DNA of 64,000 bases from Octopus sinensis (GCF_006345805.1 NC_043007.1:52886001-52950000); one strand, 5' to 3'. Counted from the stretch's first letter, positions 14,225 through 28,260 are shown. Numbers and translations: made by a program. The notes: a model not told the origin generated them from the sequence alone.

Positions 14225-14357
14225 TTTTGCTCTCGCGACCATCAGTTTTACACAGCGATCATGTGCGTGGTCACAAACAGCACTAAGCATTTTCTGAAGA
14301 TTTTGGAATAAAGCATGGAATTCCTCTTCAGAAATCATCACATCTAAATCTTCGCTG
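14225..14357 (-). CDS. VPS54: VPS54 internal exon (133 nt, SEDLDVMISEEEFHALFQNLQKMLSAVCDHAHDRCVKLMVARAK)
   Basis: Acceptor ttttctctattgcag, donor gtatgt. Resembles VPS54 ...ELLYSASDICHDRAVKFLMSRAK. Phase 2 start, phase 0 end. Confidence 0.9.
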
Positions 14358-16029
14358 CTGCAATAGAGAAAATTTATATGATTAACAGCATATTAACAAC
14401 AGGAATACTATAATCAGCAATAATTATATATAAATATATAATTACGAACTATTATGCAAATTGCCAAAGGCCAAAGTTGTTCTCTGTTCTTTTATAAACA
14501 CACTTAATTACAAAGTTTTACATGCTGGACTGAATTCTGTACTATAACCTTCATATTCTCAAAACAAGTGGGTTATAGCTTCTATTAATGACAAAATATA
14601 ATCAACAACAACTAAACCTGGTTACACACCTGCTGACCAACTACATAACATCTTTCCATCACAATCTACCCTACAATCTAACTATAATCTAACCAAAAAA
14701 ATTTAAACTTAACACAGACTATATAAAGCCAAGAGGAACTAAAATGTACAACAGTCTGTTGAAGATTAAGCAGGCCAAAAGTTTGAAGCCTCTTGTTAAG
14801 GAATAATATGTATATATAATATATATATGCAAACACATATACATCATAGACATGGGCATGGCTATGTGATACAGAGTTCACTTAGCTGCCAAGCTCATTT
14901 CATAGAGTGGTACCTTAAAGAAGTGCCTTGTGAGTGTACTTGGTAGACAGAAACTGAGTAGAATTTCTGTATGTGTATATCTGTGTGTGTGTGACTGTGA
15001 ATTCTTTATTCTTTTACTTGTTTCAGTCATTTGACTGCGGTCATGCTGGAGCACTGCCTTAAAGAGGTGTTAGTCAAAGAAATCAACTCCAGGACTTATT
15101 CTTTGTAAACCTAGTACTTATTCTATTGGTTTCTTTTGCCGAACTACGAAATTACGGGGACATAAACACACCAGCAGTTTTATACATACATGGGTATAAG
15201 GGTATAAGGGTGTAGCTTGCAGCTATTTCAAACAGTGGCGCCAATTTGTGGTAGCTGGCAATATGACGTAATGTCGTATTGCTGAGGAAATATGATTGTC
15301 ATTTTCCCATTGGTTGAAATAACTGCTCATATAGGAATTCTGAAAATTAGGTAAAGAATATTTTTATGTGATTTCAATTCTTTAAAGTCAAGTAATTGAG
15401 CAGTTATATAAACCCTGGATTTTAGGGAAAACTTTAGTGTTTGTGGGATGTTACTAAACTCCACGACACTCACTCTTTTGAGATATTGGCTATTTTTTAT
15501 GCCATGTCTATGATAAAAATCCAACAAAACTTATTTGAATTGTTGTGAACTTTAGCAGTTAGTATGAAGAATTAGCTAGAGTAACTTTTAAGTCATAATT
15601 CTCTACGACAAAATGACTTTACTTTCCAATTGTACTATAAATGCTAAATGTACATAAATAAACTAATGTAATTATTTTCTCTTTCTTCACATTCTTCAAC
15701 TTGTTAATGAAATTTATTTCTGTAATCATGAAACTGTATTTTTTTTTATAGCAGTTAAAAGAACATGAATTTATCTATCTTCAAAATACACGCACGCATA
15801 AAATGTCAGTTAGCATTTCAGAGAATATATTTCTCACTATGGCGTTTATGTAGCTGGAGTCAGGATTTATGTTTAATGATAACACTTATAAGTAAGTTGT
15901 AAGTGACGGGTTCATCAATATATATTCCTACTTCAAAAGTAAAATATATTTATTATTTATTTCCAAATAGGAAACATGGAATATATTTATTATCTATTTC
16001 CAAATAGCAAACATATAAACAGTAACCAA

Positions 16030-17760
16030 ACCCGCTATAAAGGTATTAAGGGTATGAAACCAGGAAAAGCCCCTGGCCCATCAGGAATCACTGCTGAGAT
16101 AATTGAAACATCTGGTGGTGTGGGCTATGGCCTAGTCACTCACATTGTAAGCCAGGTAGTTCATAATGGAGTCATACCCAATGACTGGCGTAGCAGCAGC
16201 ATAGTCAACTGCTACAAGGGTAAAGGTGATGCTATAGATAGAAATAACTACAGGGGTATCAAACTACTGGATCAGGTGATGAAGGTCACAGAGAGGATCA
16301 TAGCCCATCTCATTAAGGAGAGAATCTGCTTAGATGAGATGCAGTTCGGTTTTGTTCTGGGTAGAAGCACGACTGTTGCCATATTCCTGGTTCAACAACT
16401 GCAGGAGAAATACCTAGCTAAAGATAAACCCCTCTACTTAGCTTTCATGGACTTGGAGAAAGCCTTTGACAGGGTCCCCCAATCCCTTATCTGGTGGGCG
16501 ATGTGGGAACTGGAGATTGACGAATGGTTAATAAGGGCTGTACAGGTCCTATACAGAGAGGCTGTTAGTAAGGTTAGGATTGGCAACGAGTATAGTGAAG
16601 AATTCCCGGTAGAAGTAGGGGACCACCAAGGTTCAGTCCTCAGTCCCCTTTTATTCATCATAGTCCTCCAGGCAATAACAGAGGAATTCAAGACGGGTTG
16701 CCCCTGGGAGCTCTTCTATGCCGATGACCTGGCCCTCATAGCAGAATGACTACCTGAACTAGAAAAGAAATTTCATGTGTGGAAGCTAGCTTTAGAATCA
16801 AAAGTCCTGAGAGTCAATGTAGCAAAGACCAAAGTTCTAGTAGGTAGGAAGGTGAACTCATCACACACCCATTCAGGTTGGTGGCCCTGCTCAACCTGTA
16901 GAAAAGGTGTATGTAGAAACTCCACAAGATGTACCCAGTGTAAGCTATGGACGCATAAGAGGTGCAGCAACATCAAAGGAAAATTAACCAAGAAGATAGA
17001 TTTCGTGTGCGGCACAGGGGCAATAGACACCACAGATACTCAGAAAACAAATTCCATCACATTCCAGGGGAAGAAATTAGAAGTAGTTGATAGTTTCCTC
17101 TACCTAGGTGACCAAGTTAGTAGTGGAGGTGGATGTTCAGAGAGTGTCACCACTAGAATACGAATAGCCTGGGCAAAGTTTAGAAAGCTTCTACCCCTAC
17201 TGGTGACAAAGGCCTCTCGCTCAGAGTGAAAGGTAGATTGTACAACGCATGTGTGCGAACTACCATGCTTCACGGTAGTGAAACATAGGCTGTGACTGCA
17301 GAGGACATGCATAGGCTAGAAAGAAATGAAGCTAGCACGATCTGCTGGATGTGTAATGTCAGTGTGCACATACGACAGAATATAAGCGCCCTGAGAGAAA
17401 TGCTGGACATAAGAAGCATCGGATGTAGCATGCAAGAGAGACGTCTGCGCTGGTATGGTCATGTACTACGGATGGATGAGGAGAGATGTGTGAAGAAGTG
17501 CCACTCCCAAACAGTTAAAGGAATCCGGTGTAGAGGTAAACCCAGGAAGACATGGGATGAGGTGGTCAAGCATGACCTTTGAACATTGGGCCTCACAGAG
17601 GCAATGACAAAAGACCGAGATCTCTGGAGATATGCTGTGACTGCAAAGACCCGACAAATAACATGAGTTCATGTCTGTTTCCTGCACCAGCTTCACATAG
17701 CAGACCCAGCCCATCCAAAGTACCTTGGATCGCAGGACGGCCTGATGATATAAAAGATAT
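16030..17760 (+). mobile_element. 5'-truncated RTE LINE copy (RT plus 3' end)
   Basis: ORF 15976-16749 has NYRGIKLL, FMDLEKAFDRV, QGSVLSPLLF, LFYADDL. Continues in broken frames to RRLRWYGHV. Confidence 0.9.
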
Positions 17761-17795
17761 ATATATATATATACACATATATATATATACAATGT

Positions 17796-18172
17796 GGAGG
17801 CGCAATGGCCCAGTGGTTAGGGCAGCGGACTCGCGGTCATAGGATCGCGGTTTCGATTCCCAGACCGGGCGTTGTGAGTGTTTATTGAGCGAAAACACCT
17901 AAAGCTCCACGAGGCTCCGGCAGAGGATGGCGGTGATCCCTGCTGTACTCTTTCACCACAACTTTCTCTCACTCTTACTTCCTGTTTCTGTTGTACCTGT
18001 ATTTCAAAGGGCCGGCCTTGTCACTCTCTGTGTCATGCTGAATATCCCCGAGAACTACGTTAAGGGTACACGTGTCTGTGGAGTGCTCAGCCACTTACAT
18101 GTTAATTTCATGAGCAGGCTGTTCCGTTGATTCGGATCAACCGGAACCCTCGTTGTTGTAATCGAGTGCTTC
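17796..18172 (+). mobile_element. tRNA-derived SINE, apparently complete
   Basis: A box TGGCCCAGTGG and B box GGTTTCGATTCC, then a 300-bp non-tRNA body. CpG-rich, suggesting a young copy. Confidence 0.8.
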
Positions 18173-20250
18173 CATATATACAATGGACTTCTTTCAGTTT
18201 CCGTCTATCAAATCCACTCATAAGGCTTTGGACGGCCCGAGGCTATCGTAAAAGACACTTGCCCAAGGTGCCATGCAGTGGGACTGAACCCAGAATGATG
18301 TGGTTGGGAAGCAAGCTTCTTGCTACTCGGCTAACCCTGTGTCACATTTTTGCATGAAAATGGTGAGCAGAAATATGTGATGTAATGTTGACATTCCCTG
18401 TTAATAATGATCCTCTTGCAATATGCTTTCAAAGACATGTGGAATAAACAACATACAGAGGCCTGTCATATATGTATCTGCATATGTGAAGCATTACTGT
18501 GTGGTTAAGAAGTTTACTTTGCAAGAACATTCTTTTGGGTTCAGTCCTACTTGATAGCAAATGTCCCAATCTAGCTATAGGACAATGTTTTGTGAATGAA
18601 TTGGGTAGATGGAAACTCTGCAGAAGCCAATCAGGTGTGTGTGTGAGTATGTGTGTGTGTGTTCGTTTGAATCTTTTTCTGTGTATGTATGCAGGTAGTA
18701 GTAGTAATAGTAGTCATATTGTTAACAGAAAATGGATAGATAAGGTAATTCATGTAGACAGAGTGTGATTAAGCTTGAAATACTGTAAGATAACATGACA
18801 GTGACATTATCTCAGCATATGCACTGCACTTAGGATTGGTAAATGAATAGAAGAACTGCTTTTATGAGACCTCTCTACAGTCTACGCCCAAAGTAAATGA
18901 CAGATGTTATTCATTATAATCATCATCATTGTTTAATATTGATTTTCCATACTGGTATGGGTTGGCCGGTTTGACAGGAGTTGACAAGTCAGGGATGTGT
19001 GTGTGCATGTATATGTATGTACATCTGCATACGTTACTTTTTTTTTGTATTTTATATATCATCATCATCATTACCATTTAATATCTGCTTTCCATGCTGG
19101 CATGCGTTAGACAGTCTAACTGGAACTGGTAAGCTGTACCAGATTCCAATCTAATTTAGTATGGTTTATAGGGCTTGACACTCTTCCTAACGCCAACCTC
19201 TCCAAGAGTGTAATGGGCACTTCATATGTACTGCTGGCGCAGTTGCCATTTACAAGAAACTGGCAATGACCATGACTATGATTTTATGGTTGTCATTTAA
19301 ATGACACTGGTAATGGCCATGACTACGATTTCACTTGGCTTGATGAGTCTTCTCAAGCACAACATACTGCCAAAGGTCTCGGTAGTTCATCATTGCCTCT
19401 GTGAGGCCCAACATTCAAAGATTATGTTACCAGCAATGGTCATGAATACAATTTCATGGGTGCCATTCACATGACACTGGCAATGGCCACGGCTACAATT
19501 TCGCTTAGCTTGATGAGTCTTCTCAAGCACAGCATATCACCAAAGGTCTTGGTTACATGTCATCGCCTCTGTGCGGCCCAACATTCGAAGATCATGCATC
19601 ACCTCATCCCATGTCTTCCTGACTCTACCTTTTCCACAGATTTCCTCCACATATATAAGTGTGTGTATTTGTGTGTGTATATATATATACATCATCATCA
19701 TCATCATCATCATCATCGTTTAACGTCCGCTTTCCGCGCTAGCACGGGTTGGACGGTTCGACCGGGTCTGGGAAGCCAGGGGCCGCTCCAGGCTCCAGTC
19801 TGAATCTGGCAGGTTTTCTACGGCTGGATGCCCTTCCTAACGCCAACCACTCCGAGAGTGGATTGGGTGCTTTTTACGTGCCACCTGCACAGGGGCCGGA
19901 GGGGTCCGGCATCGTCACGATCGGTTCGAGCATTTTAACGTGTCAGCGGCACGGGGGCAACGAGGTCCGGGGTACTTGGGGATCCGGGGTACTTAGAATG
20001 GGTAGGGGGTATGTGGAATTGCTGCAGAAAGCAGCCCGGGTCTTTAGGATATTACGAGGCGGGAGGGTACTAAAAGGGGATGGTCGGATTGAGGCGGTGT
20101 CAGGAGGAAGCAAAGATCGGTGGGCAGTTGATGAGCTATGGCGCTAGCAGCTTGTCTTTTCACAGTGAAAGCATATGAGGATAAGGGGTAGTGGGGGGCG
20201 GAGGAGGGAGTAGGGCGTATCCGGTGTAGATGGTGAGAACAGGGTATACT

Positions 20251-20467
20251 GGTATTGGTGGTAGGGGTGAGAGCAGTGTTCAACCGGTATTGGTGGTGGG
20301 GGTGAGAACAGTGTTCACCGGTATTGGTGGTGGCGGTGAGAGCAGTGTTCACCGGTATTGGTGGTGGCAGTGAGAGCAGTGTTCATCGGTATTGGTGGTG
20401 GGGGTGAGAACAGTGTTCACCGGTATTGGTGGTGGGGGGGAGTGAGAACAGTGTTCATCGGTATTGG
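20251..20467. repeat. 34-bp minisatellite, six units plus a partial unit
   Basis: Unit ggtattggtggtgggggtgagaacagtgttcacc starts at 20251, 20286, 20320, 20354, 20388, 20422 and 20460. Confidence 0.9.
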
Positions 20468-20490
20468 GGGTGGGGGTGGGGGGCGGGCGC

Positions 20491-21350
20491 ACCGCCAATG
20501 GCGGAAAGATGGGAAAAGATAGGATTACGGCTTGAGGTAGCCTAAGGTTAAATTTTGTAGAGAGAGAGAGAGAGAGAGAGATAGGAAAGATAAATCAAGT
20601 TATGGCGAAGGCTTGAAAGTAGCCTAAAAGGTTAAATTTTCGTAGCGAATGAGATGGGTAATACGAATCAAGTTATCAATGTATGAATAAACGTAGTAAC
20701 AACGAATAAAAAATAGTAAGATAAATTTTAAAGAGGAACTTGCTGCGGCATCGACCGGGGGTTGAAATTGAAGAAGAAGTAAGTTGAATTGGGAATTTAA
20801 ATTGCAGAAACGTAATGGTAATGGCGATTTTCAAGTTTTAGCATAGGAAGAAGAAGAGGAGGAAAAAAAGACCGCCAATGGCGGAAAGATGGGAAAAGAT
20901 AGGATTACGGCTTGAGGTAGCCTAAGGTTAAATTTTGTAGAGAGAGAGAGAGAGAGAGAGATAGGAAAGATAAATCAAGTTATGGCGAAGGCTTGAAAGT
21001 AGCCTAAAAGGTTAAATTTTCGTAGCGAATGAGATGGGTAATACGAATCAAGTTATCAATGTATGAATAAACGTAGTAACACAAAATAAAATAGTAAGAT
21101 AAATTTTAAAGAGGAACTTGCTGCGGCATCGACCGGGGGTTGAAATTGAAGAAGAAGTAAGTTGAATTGGGAATTTAAATTGCAGAAACGTAATGGTAAT
21201 GGCGATTTTCAAGTTTTAGCATAGGAAGAAGAAGAGGAGGAAAAAAAGACCGCCAATGGCGGAAAGATGGGAAAAGATAGGATTACGGCTTGAGGTAGCC
21301 TAAGGTTAAATTTTGTAGAGAGAGAGAGAGAGAGATAGGAAAGATAAATC
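20491..21350. repeat. About 380-bp tandem repeat, 2.3 copies
   Basis: accgccaatggcggaaagatgg starts at 20491, 20871 and 21249. Units are nearly identical apart from (AG)n length and one short indel. Confidence 0.92.
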
Positions 21351-21406
21351 AAATATTTCTTTACAACCCACAACGGGCTAAACATAGAGGGGACAAACAA
21401 GGACAG

Positions 21407-21476
<70 letters not shown>

Positions 21477-22126
21477 GAGAGAGAGAGAGCAATAAGAAAA
21501 TGGAGGGGATCAATAGGTGGTTCATCAACTTTTAGACATTATATTATGTCAAATTATTTGTTTATTTACTAAAATGACAATTACAAGAATATACATACAT
21601 GTATAATATATTATGCTTTACCCAAGTACCTCAATTTCATCTACTTATTACTTCAGTCTACTGGAGGAATAAAGGTAGAATGAGGTATTTTTGTCTCTTG
21701 GCTGAAACAGCTGTAAGTTATTTTCCAATTTATATTCCTGAATGTTATATTTTAATAATTACTGGTATCTTTATATATTAATATATTTTATATGTAAAGC
21801 ATAATACGTTATACATGTATGTATATTCTTGTAATTGTCATTTTAGTAAATAAATAAGTCAACATAGTATAATGTCTAAAAGTTGATGAACCACATATTG
21901 ATCCCCTCCATTTTCTTATTGCTCTATAAATTAATGGTAAAATATCTCTTTACCTTCACCCATTTAGTACATTCAGTAATGTAATTGCAATGCAATAAAA
22001 AACACTTGTGTATTAATAATGGGGTATTCTACCAGCAGTATATTGGATAGATAATATCCCTTAGTTGGTTGGATTCACAACCTCTAACTTCCTTGGAATA
22101 TATATAACTCGCTAAGAAGGTTTAGA

Positions 22127-22178
22127 AACCACCTGAAGAATGTCTAAGATGTGCTGACACGAAACGATCGTAGTGGTT
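22127..22178 (+). ncRNA. Minimal type I hammerhead ribozyme motif (Penelope-type)
   Basis: AACCAC CTGAAGA A TGTC..GACA C GAAA CGATCG TA GTGGTT gives stem I, core, stem II, palindromic stem III and a GUA cleavage triplet. Confidence 0.7.
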
Positions 22179-22275
22179 ATTCATTTGTTAAATTTTAATT
22201 TATATAAATTATTTTATGTATTGGCTTAAGCCTTTCTTTGTTTGATTTGCATAATAGTGGTTTTGTCTCTAATTT

Positions 22276-22347
<72 letters not shown>

Positions 22348-23059
22348 TACAGTAGGCAACCAGGATTGTGGGGGGAGGGGTATGAATAAGAATACAAGAG
22401 TTACAGAATGGAGTAGGTAAGATCTGGGCTACATATGTTTCATAGCAAACAGAACCTCAGAAATAGTAAAATCTAAGCAGGGTGTATACTACCAGCTACT
22501 CTTCAGGCCAAGGGTATCTTGATTAAATTAAAGCTTACATTGTTGCAAGGAGGTACATGATGCAAAATGTAGGTAGAAATATGTATTAGAAGAAGAGAAG
22601 AAAGAAGAAAATATAAGGGAGTGAGAGGAAGGAGGAATTTAAGCAAGGTCAATTGACTGGTAGTAAACAAAGGAGTTGTTTTGGCTGAATCACATAATTT
22701 AGTAAGGGGATTGGCATTTGAAGAAAAGATAATTGAAGGAAGAGGGAGGGGAAATATTTTGGGTTAAGGGAGAGAAAGAAAGTGTGTATGAATAAAGCAA
22801 GGTAAAGTAGGGAATTTAAATATGGTTATTTGACTGGTGGCATTCAAAGGGCTTCTTTGGCCAAATCACATATGAAGTGGTAGAAGTCTCTGTTGGCATA
22901 CATACTTGTAAGTTTATGAATTGTCCTTAAGAAATAGTCACCAATTTCATAAGGACAATTCAAGACTACTTTGACAACAAAATAATCCAACTAAAAAAAT
23001 TGAAGTTTTCCTTCTGACTGAATTGAACTTTCCCCAAAACTGAAGATATACACAATGGA

Positions 23060-25430
23060 TAAAAAATATCAACTTAAAAGAAAATTACAGAAAGAAACAA
23101 CCAGAATACAGAACAGCAAATGTACAAAATCAATACAAAAGAGAACAAGTTAACAGAGAAAATGTCCTCAGATATATAAATAGTAATAAAAGGAAAGCTT
23201 TTAAAAATAATTTTTTAGACCCAACCAACAGAGTTATTGACACCAGATAGTACAAACTGAAGATGAGAAATTAACCTATCCAAAAACACCCTCTTAGTAG
23301 AAGAAATATTTTGTCGAAATGCCTAAAAATTACCCCAACACCACAGCACTCTAACTCCAATGAAATACAGAATGATATTTTACAGTTCTGTAGAAAACTA
23401 TGCCTAACAGAAGAACTGTATGATAAAGAAAACAGGAATGAACCAATTGTAAGAAACAAGAGCAATTACAAGCCTACAAAAGGTAAGAATAAAGCTTTAG
23501 ATAAATTTTGTGATTTTATATGTACCTTCCCTTACAAAGAACTCCCACAACCTAAAATCAAGCCCAATACCAGTCGAAAGGAATAGGATATATACATAAA
23601 CTGAAAAATAATAACAACATTATAATTAAGGAAGCAGATAAGGAAAGTGCTATAGTTATTATGGATACTGAACACTACAAAAGAGATATACTATCTATAT
23701 TACAAGATACGACCCACTAAGAAAAGGTAAATAATTACCAAAAATCAAAGACAATGACAAAACTGAACACATTCATCAAAAAGGTTTACCAAAGAATGTG
23801 ACTACCTAATCCATTTCAATTGCAAGACTTCTATAGTTTCCCAAAAATCCATAAGAATCAAACTATTAAGAATGCATGTAAAGAACTTCCAGCTGCATAA
23901 ACATACAATAACCCACCAACCTTAAATTTAGACCAATCATAGCAAGCCTGAACTGTGAAACACAGACTCAGCAACTTTTTAGATGAATCACTGAAACCTA
24001 TTTTAAAATATATCAAGTCTTGTAAGGGGTGACCTGAACCTGTTAAAACACCTCCCCAAATCCATAAACAATGATACCACTATTGTATCTTTTGATGTGG
24101 TAAACCTCTGTACCACAATCCCACTCCAATACGGACTAGAGGCAATAAATTTCTGGCTTCAGAAATTCCTTCATGAAATTCCAGACAGAATTGATAAGTT
24201 TCATCACTGAAGGATTAAAGTTTATCCTTGAAAGTAACTTTTTTGACTTTGATGGCAATATTTACAAACAAATATCTGGGACTGGGATGGAGACAAAAGT
24301 TGCTCCAACTTATGCTAACCTAGTCATGGCATACATGGAGGTCCGAATATACGAACAATCTAAATTAAAATATGGCTTGAACATCCACAAATATCTACTA
24401 GAAAACTGGAAATGTTACTTAGATGATTGCCTAAGCCTATGGATACATACATTTAAACAACTTATAGATTTCAAAACTCTAATCAACAGCATAAAAAATA
24501 ATTTTAATTTTACCTTGGAATACAGTAAAACTCAACTACCATTCCTGGATATACTAATCCTCAAAGCGATAAAAACATTAGAACAGATATTCATTACAAA
24601 TAAACAGATTCTAAACAATACTTACTGTTCTCTTCATGCCATCCCAAGCACACGAATAATATTCCCTTTAATCTAGCAAGAAGAATCTGCACAATTGTCT
24701 CAAACCCTGAAATTTGCAATAAAAGATTCCAGGAACTAAAACAAGTACTACTTAAAAGACAATATCCATTAATGTTAAGAGACAATGGAATAGAATGCGC
24801 CAAAGCAATAAATATCGAAAAACTACAAAAAATGCTCCAGATACATCCAATACTCTACCCTTTATTACAACACACAACCCAAGAAACACAGAGGTTTACA
24901 ATATTATCCACTACAACATCCCACTACTAAAACAAGACCCAAGAATGAAACAGGCATTTGAAATACACAAAATAATCAAAAGTAAAAGATAATCAATGTC
25001 CCTCAAAAAATTCCTCACAAATGCGAAATTACCTTCCACCAACTGTCAAAAAGTGTGGCTGTCCCAACTGCGGAACTTGCATCAATCTTATTGAAGTCAC
25101 AATATACAAATTCAAACCAGGACAGATTTTTACCATTAAAAATCACTTTACATATTTTTCAAGGAATTTAATATACACTATCAAATATCAAGGATGTAAT
25201 GAAGATTAAACAGGTCAAAGCTTACATAGGTCAGACAAATAGACTGATCATTCACCAGTACTAGACAGATTCCACTGAGTGGACACATAGACATATGTGC
25301 AAAAAAATAAGTCCCCCAAATTCCACGTCTTTCCACTCTACCTATATTCACCAAATACCATAGATGAAGCACGGATAAACAAAAAAAAAAATACTTTCAT
25401 TCAAAAGTACAAACCAAGACTTAAACTTTA
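23060..25430 (+). mobile_element. Penelope-like element, near-complete degraded ORF (RT plus GIY-YIG)
   Basis: NIIIKEAD, FDVVNL, GTGMETKVAPTYANLVM, YLDDC, LPFLDILI, then KKCGCPNCGTC...NLIYTIKYQGC. Confidence 0.85.
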
Positions 25431-26294
25431 GCAGAGTACATACACAAATAACTATTCACCCACAAAACTCGTTTTGCCACTTAAGATGAGGAACCTATAC
25501 AGCTAACAACCTAAACTTTAGCCACTAGACTACACAGAAACAACTTCTATCCACTCTCCCACCAAATAGATTAAATTTGGAGTGCCTTGATTGTAACTAA
25601 ATATGTTCACTCAACCACGTCAGTCTTCTTTTTAGGCACAAAATATACTGTCACATGACACTAACACACAGATGTAGCAGGGAATGTACAAAAGGTTATA
25701 AACTTAATCATGTGTTCATTATCTACAAACACTTGACAGAAAACATTCAGAGCATTGATTGTTTGGACATGTTCAGGTAACCATGTCAGTATTAACTTAT
25801 GACGCCAAACATTGTCATCTGATACTAACACATGGACGTAGTGGGGAACCTACAAAAATTTCTAAAACCAGTCATATGACTATCCTCTACCAATCAAATC
25901 TTATTCAAAACATATACTAATTTGAGCCATGAACTCCCTATGTAAATAGGGCAAGAATCAAACACTAGTCAGAAGCAAGACAGCTGTGACATAAACCACA
26001 TCTTTCTATTTGAACTTTTTGAAAATCAGTGTAAACTGTGAAACCAGTTAAAGCTTTAAATTTATTAATAAAGGATATTTTAACTATTCTCAGTTCATTT
26101 TCAACTTCCATTTTTGCTGTGTGTGTGTGTGTATACATGTGTATATGTGTGCATATGTATATACAGGCATACATTTTTGCTATATCAAAGTATATTTAGA
26201 AATCAACTTTTTCCTATGCTTGTGTGTTTAGCACATGCATTTTTTTCTCTATATACATTTTTTTCTATGAACATATTTTTCTCTATATATGAAG

Positions 26295-28260
26295 ACAGAG
26301 AAAGCCCCCTGGCCATCAGGAATCACCACTGAGATGCTTAAAATATCTGGCAGTGTGGGGTATAGTGTAATTACCTGTATTGTAAATCAGGTGGTTTACA
26401 AAAGAGTCATACACAATGACTGGTGTAGCAGGACCATAGTCAACTGCTACAAAGGTAAAGGTGATACCTTAGATAGAAATAATTAGAGGTATGAAACTGT
26501 TGGATCAGGTAATGAAAGTGACAGAGAGAGTCATAGCCCAACTGATTAGGGAGAGAGTTAGTCTAGATGAGATACAGTTGGTTTTGTGCCAAGGAGAAGC
26601 ACCACTGATGCTGTATTTCTGATAAGGCAACTGCAGGAGAAATACACAGCCAAAGATAAACCTCTATACTTGACTTTTGTTGACTTGGGGAAAGCCTTTG
26701 ACAGGATCCCCCAATCCCTTATCTAGTTGTCAATGCAGAAACTAGGGATAAATGAATAGTTAGTGAAAGCTGTACAAGCCATGTATGGGGATGTTACCAG
26801 TCAGGTGATGGTTGCAAAAAGTACAGTGAAGAATTCAGAGTACAAAGAACTGGTTTTCAGGCTCCTCTTGTTTCATCATAGTCTTCCAGGAAATAAGAGA
26901 CATTTAAGACAGGCTACCCTTGGGAGCTCCTCTATGCTGATGACCTTGTTCTTATAGCTGAATCGCTACCAGAACTAGAGAAGTTCCAGGTATGGGAGCA
27001 AGGTCTAGAATTGAAGGGATTTTGAGTTAACCTAGCCAAAACCAAAGCCATAGTAACTAGGAAGGCAGACAAATCACAAATCCCTTCAGATAGATGGCCC
27101 TACTTGATTTGTAGAATAGGCATAGGTAGAGACACCATAAGATGCACTCAGGGTAAGCTTTGGACACATAAGAGGTGCAGCAAAACCAGAGGAAGTTTGA
27201 TAGGCACAAAAGATGCACAGATACAATAAACACCAAAAATGTACAGAAAATAGACTCTCTCAACTGCCAGTGGGGAAAGCTAGAGGTAGTAGGCAGCTTC
27301 TGTTATCTAGGTGACCAAGTTAGTAGTGGAGGTGGATGCTTCAAGTGCAGAGCTGTGAGAATAAGATTAGGCTGGATAAAGTTCAGAGAGCTTCTACTTC
27401 TGCTGGCAACAAAGGGCAGATTGTATGATGCTTGTATGCAAACAGCTATGCTACACGACAGTAAAACATGGGCTGTAACAGCTGAGGACATGTGTAGGCT
27501 TGAAAGAAATGAAGCCTATATGCTTCATTGGATGTGCAATGTCAGTGTGTAGGTTTGACAGAGTGTAAGCATTTTGATAGAAAAGTTGGGCAGAGGCATC
27601 AGATGTGGAGAGCAAGAGTGACTGTGCTTGAATGGTCATGTAATGCTTATGGATGAGGCAGCTGTGTAAAAAATGTGCTGATTTCCAACTGTCAAGGGAA
27701 TCTATGGTAGAGGTAGACCCAGGAAGACAGGGACGAGATGGTGAAGCATGATCTTCGAACTTTAGGCAGAGGTAATGACTAGTGACTAAGACCTTTGGCG
27801 ATATACTGTGCTTGAGAAGACACTTCAAGCCAAGTGAAATCATAGCCATGGCTGATGCTGGTGTCACGTAACTGGTACCCATGCCGGTGACATGTAAAAA
27901 ATGTCTTTTGAGCATTGGGCCTCATGAAGGTAAAGTGGCCGGGCTCCTTTTGAGTGTTGGGCCTCATGGAGGCAATGACCATGACATTTGGCATTATGTC
28001 ATGCATGAGAAAAAGACTCATCAAGCCAAGTAAAACCACAGTCGTGACAGATACCAGTGTCACGCAAATGGCACCAGTGCTGGTGGCACATAAAAGCACC
28101 CATTACACTCACAGAGTGGTTGGTGATAGGAAGGGCATCCAGCCATAGAAACCATGCCAAATCAGATTGGAGTCTGATGTAGCCTTCCAGCTTGCCAACC
28201 CTGGTCAAACCATCCAACCAATGCCAGCATGGACAATGGATGTTAAATGGCGATGATGGT
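26295..28260 (+). mobile_element. 5'-truncated degraded RTE LINE with 3' tail
   Basis: Homologous to 56750-58830. Ends catccaaccaatgccagcatgg...gatgatggtgatg. Confidence 0.85.

Larger units (their letters stand above)
19690..21350 (-). mobile_element. Composite non-autonomous retro-like element ending in the RTE-type (GAT)n tail
   Basis: Minus-strand order is 380-bp tandem units, 34-bp minisatellite, about 300 bp unique, then the shared tail ...ggaaagcggacgttaaacgatgatgatg. Confidence 0.55.

Noticed and set aside
17796-17872. tRNA gene
   Set aside because: A and B boxes are present, but it continues into a SINE body shared with 9564-9745 and I cannot fold a convincing cloverleaf.
21630-21710. 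81-nt AG...GT segment as an extra VPS54 exon
   Set aside because: Stop codons in all three frames.
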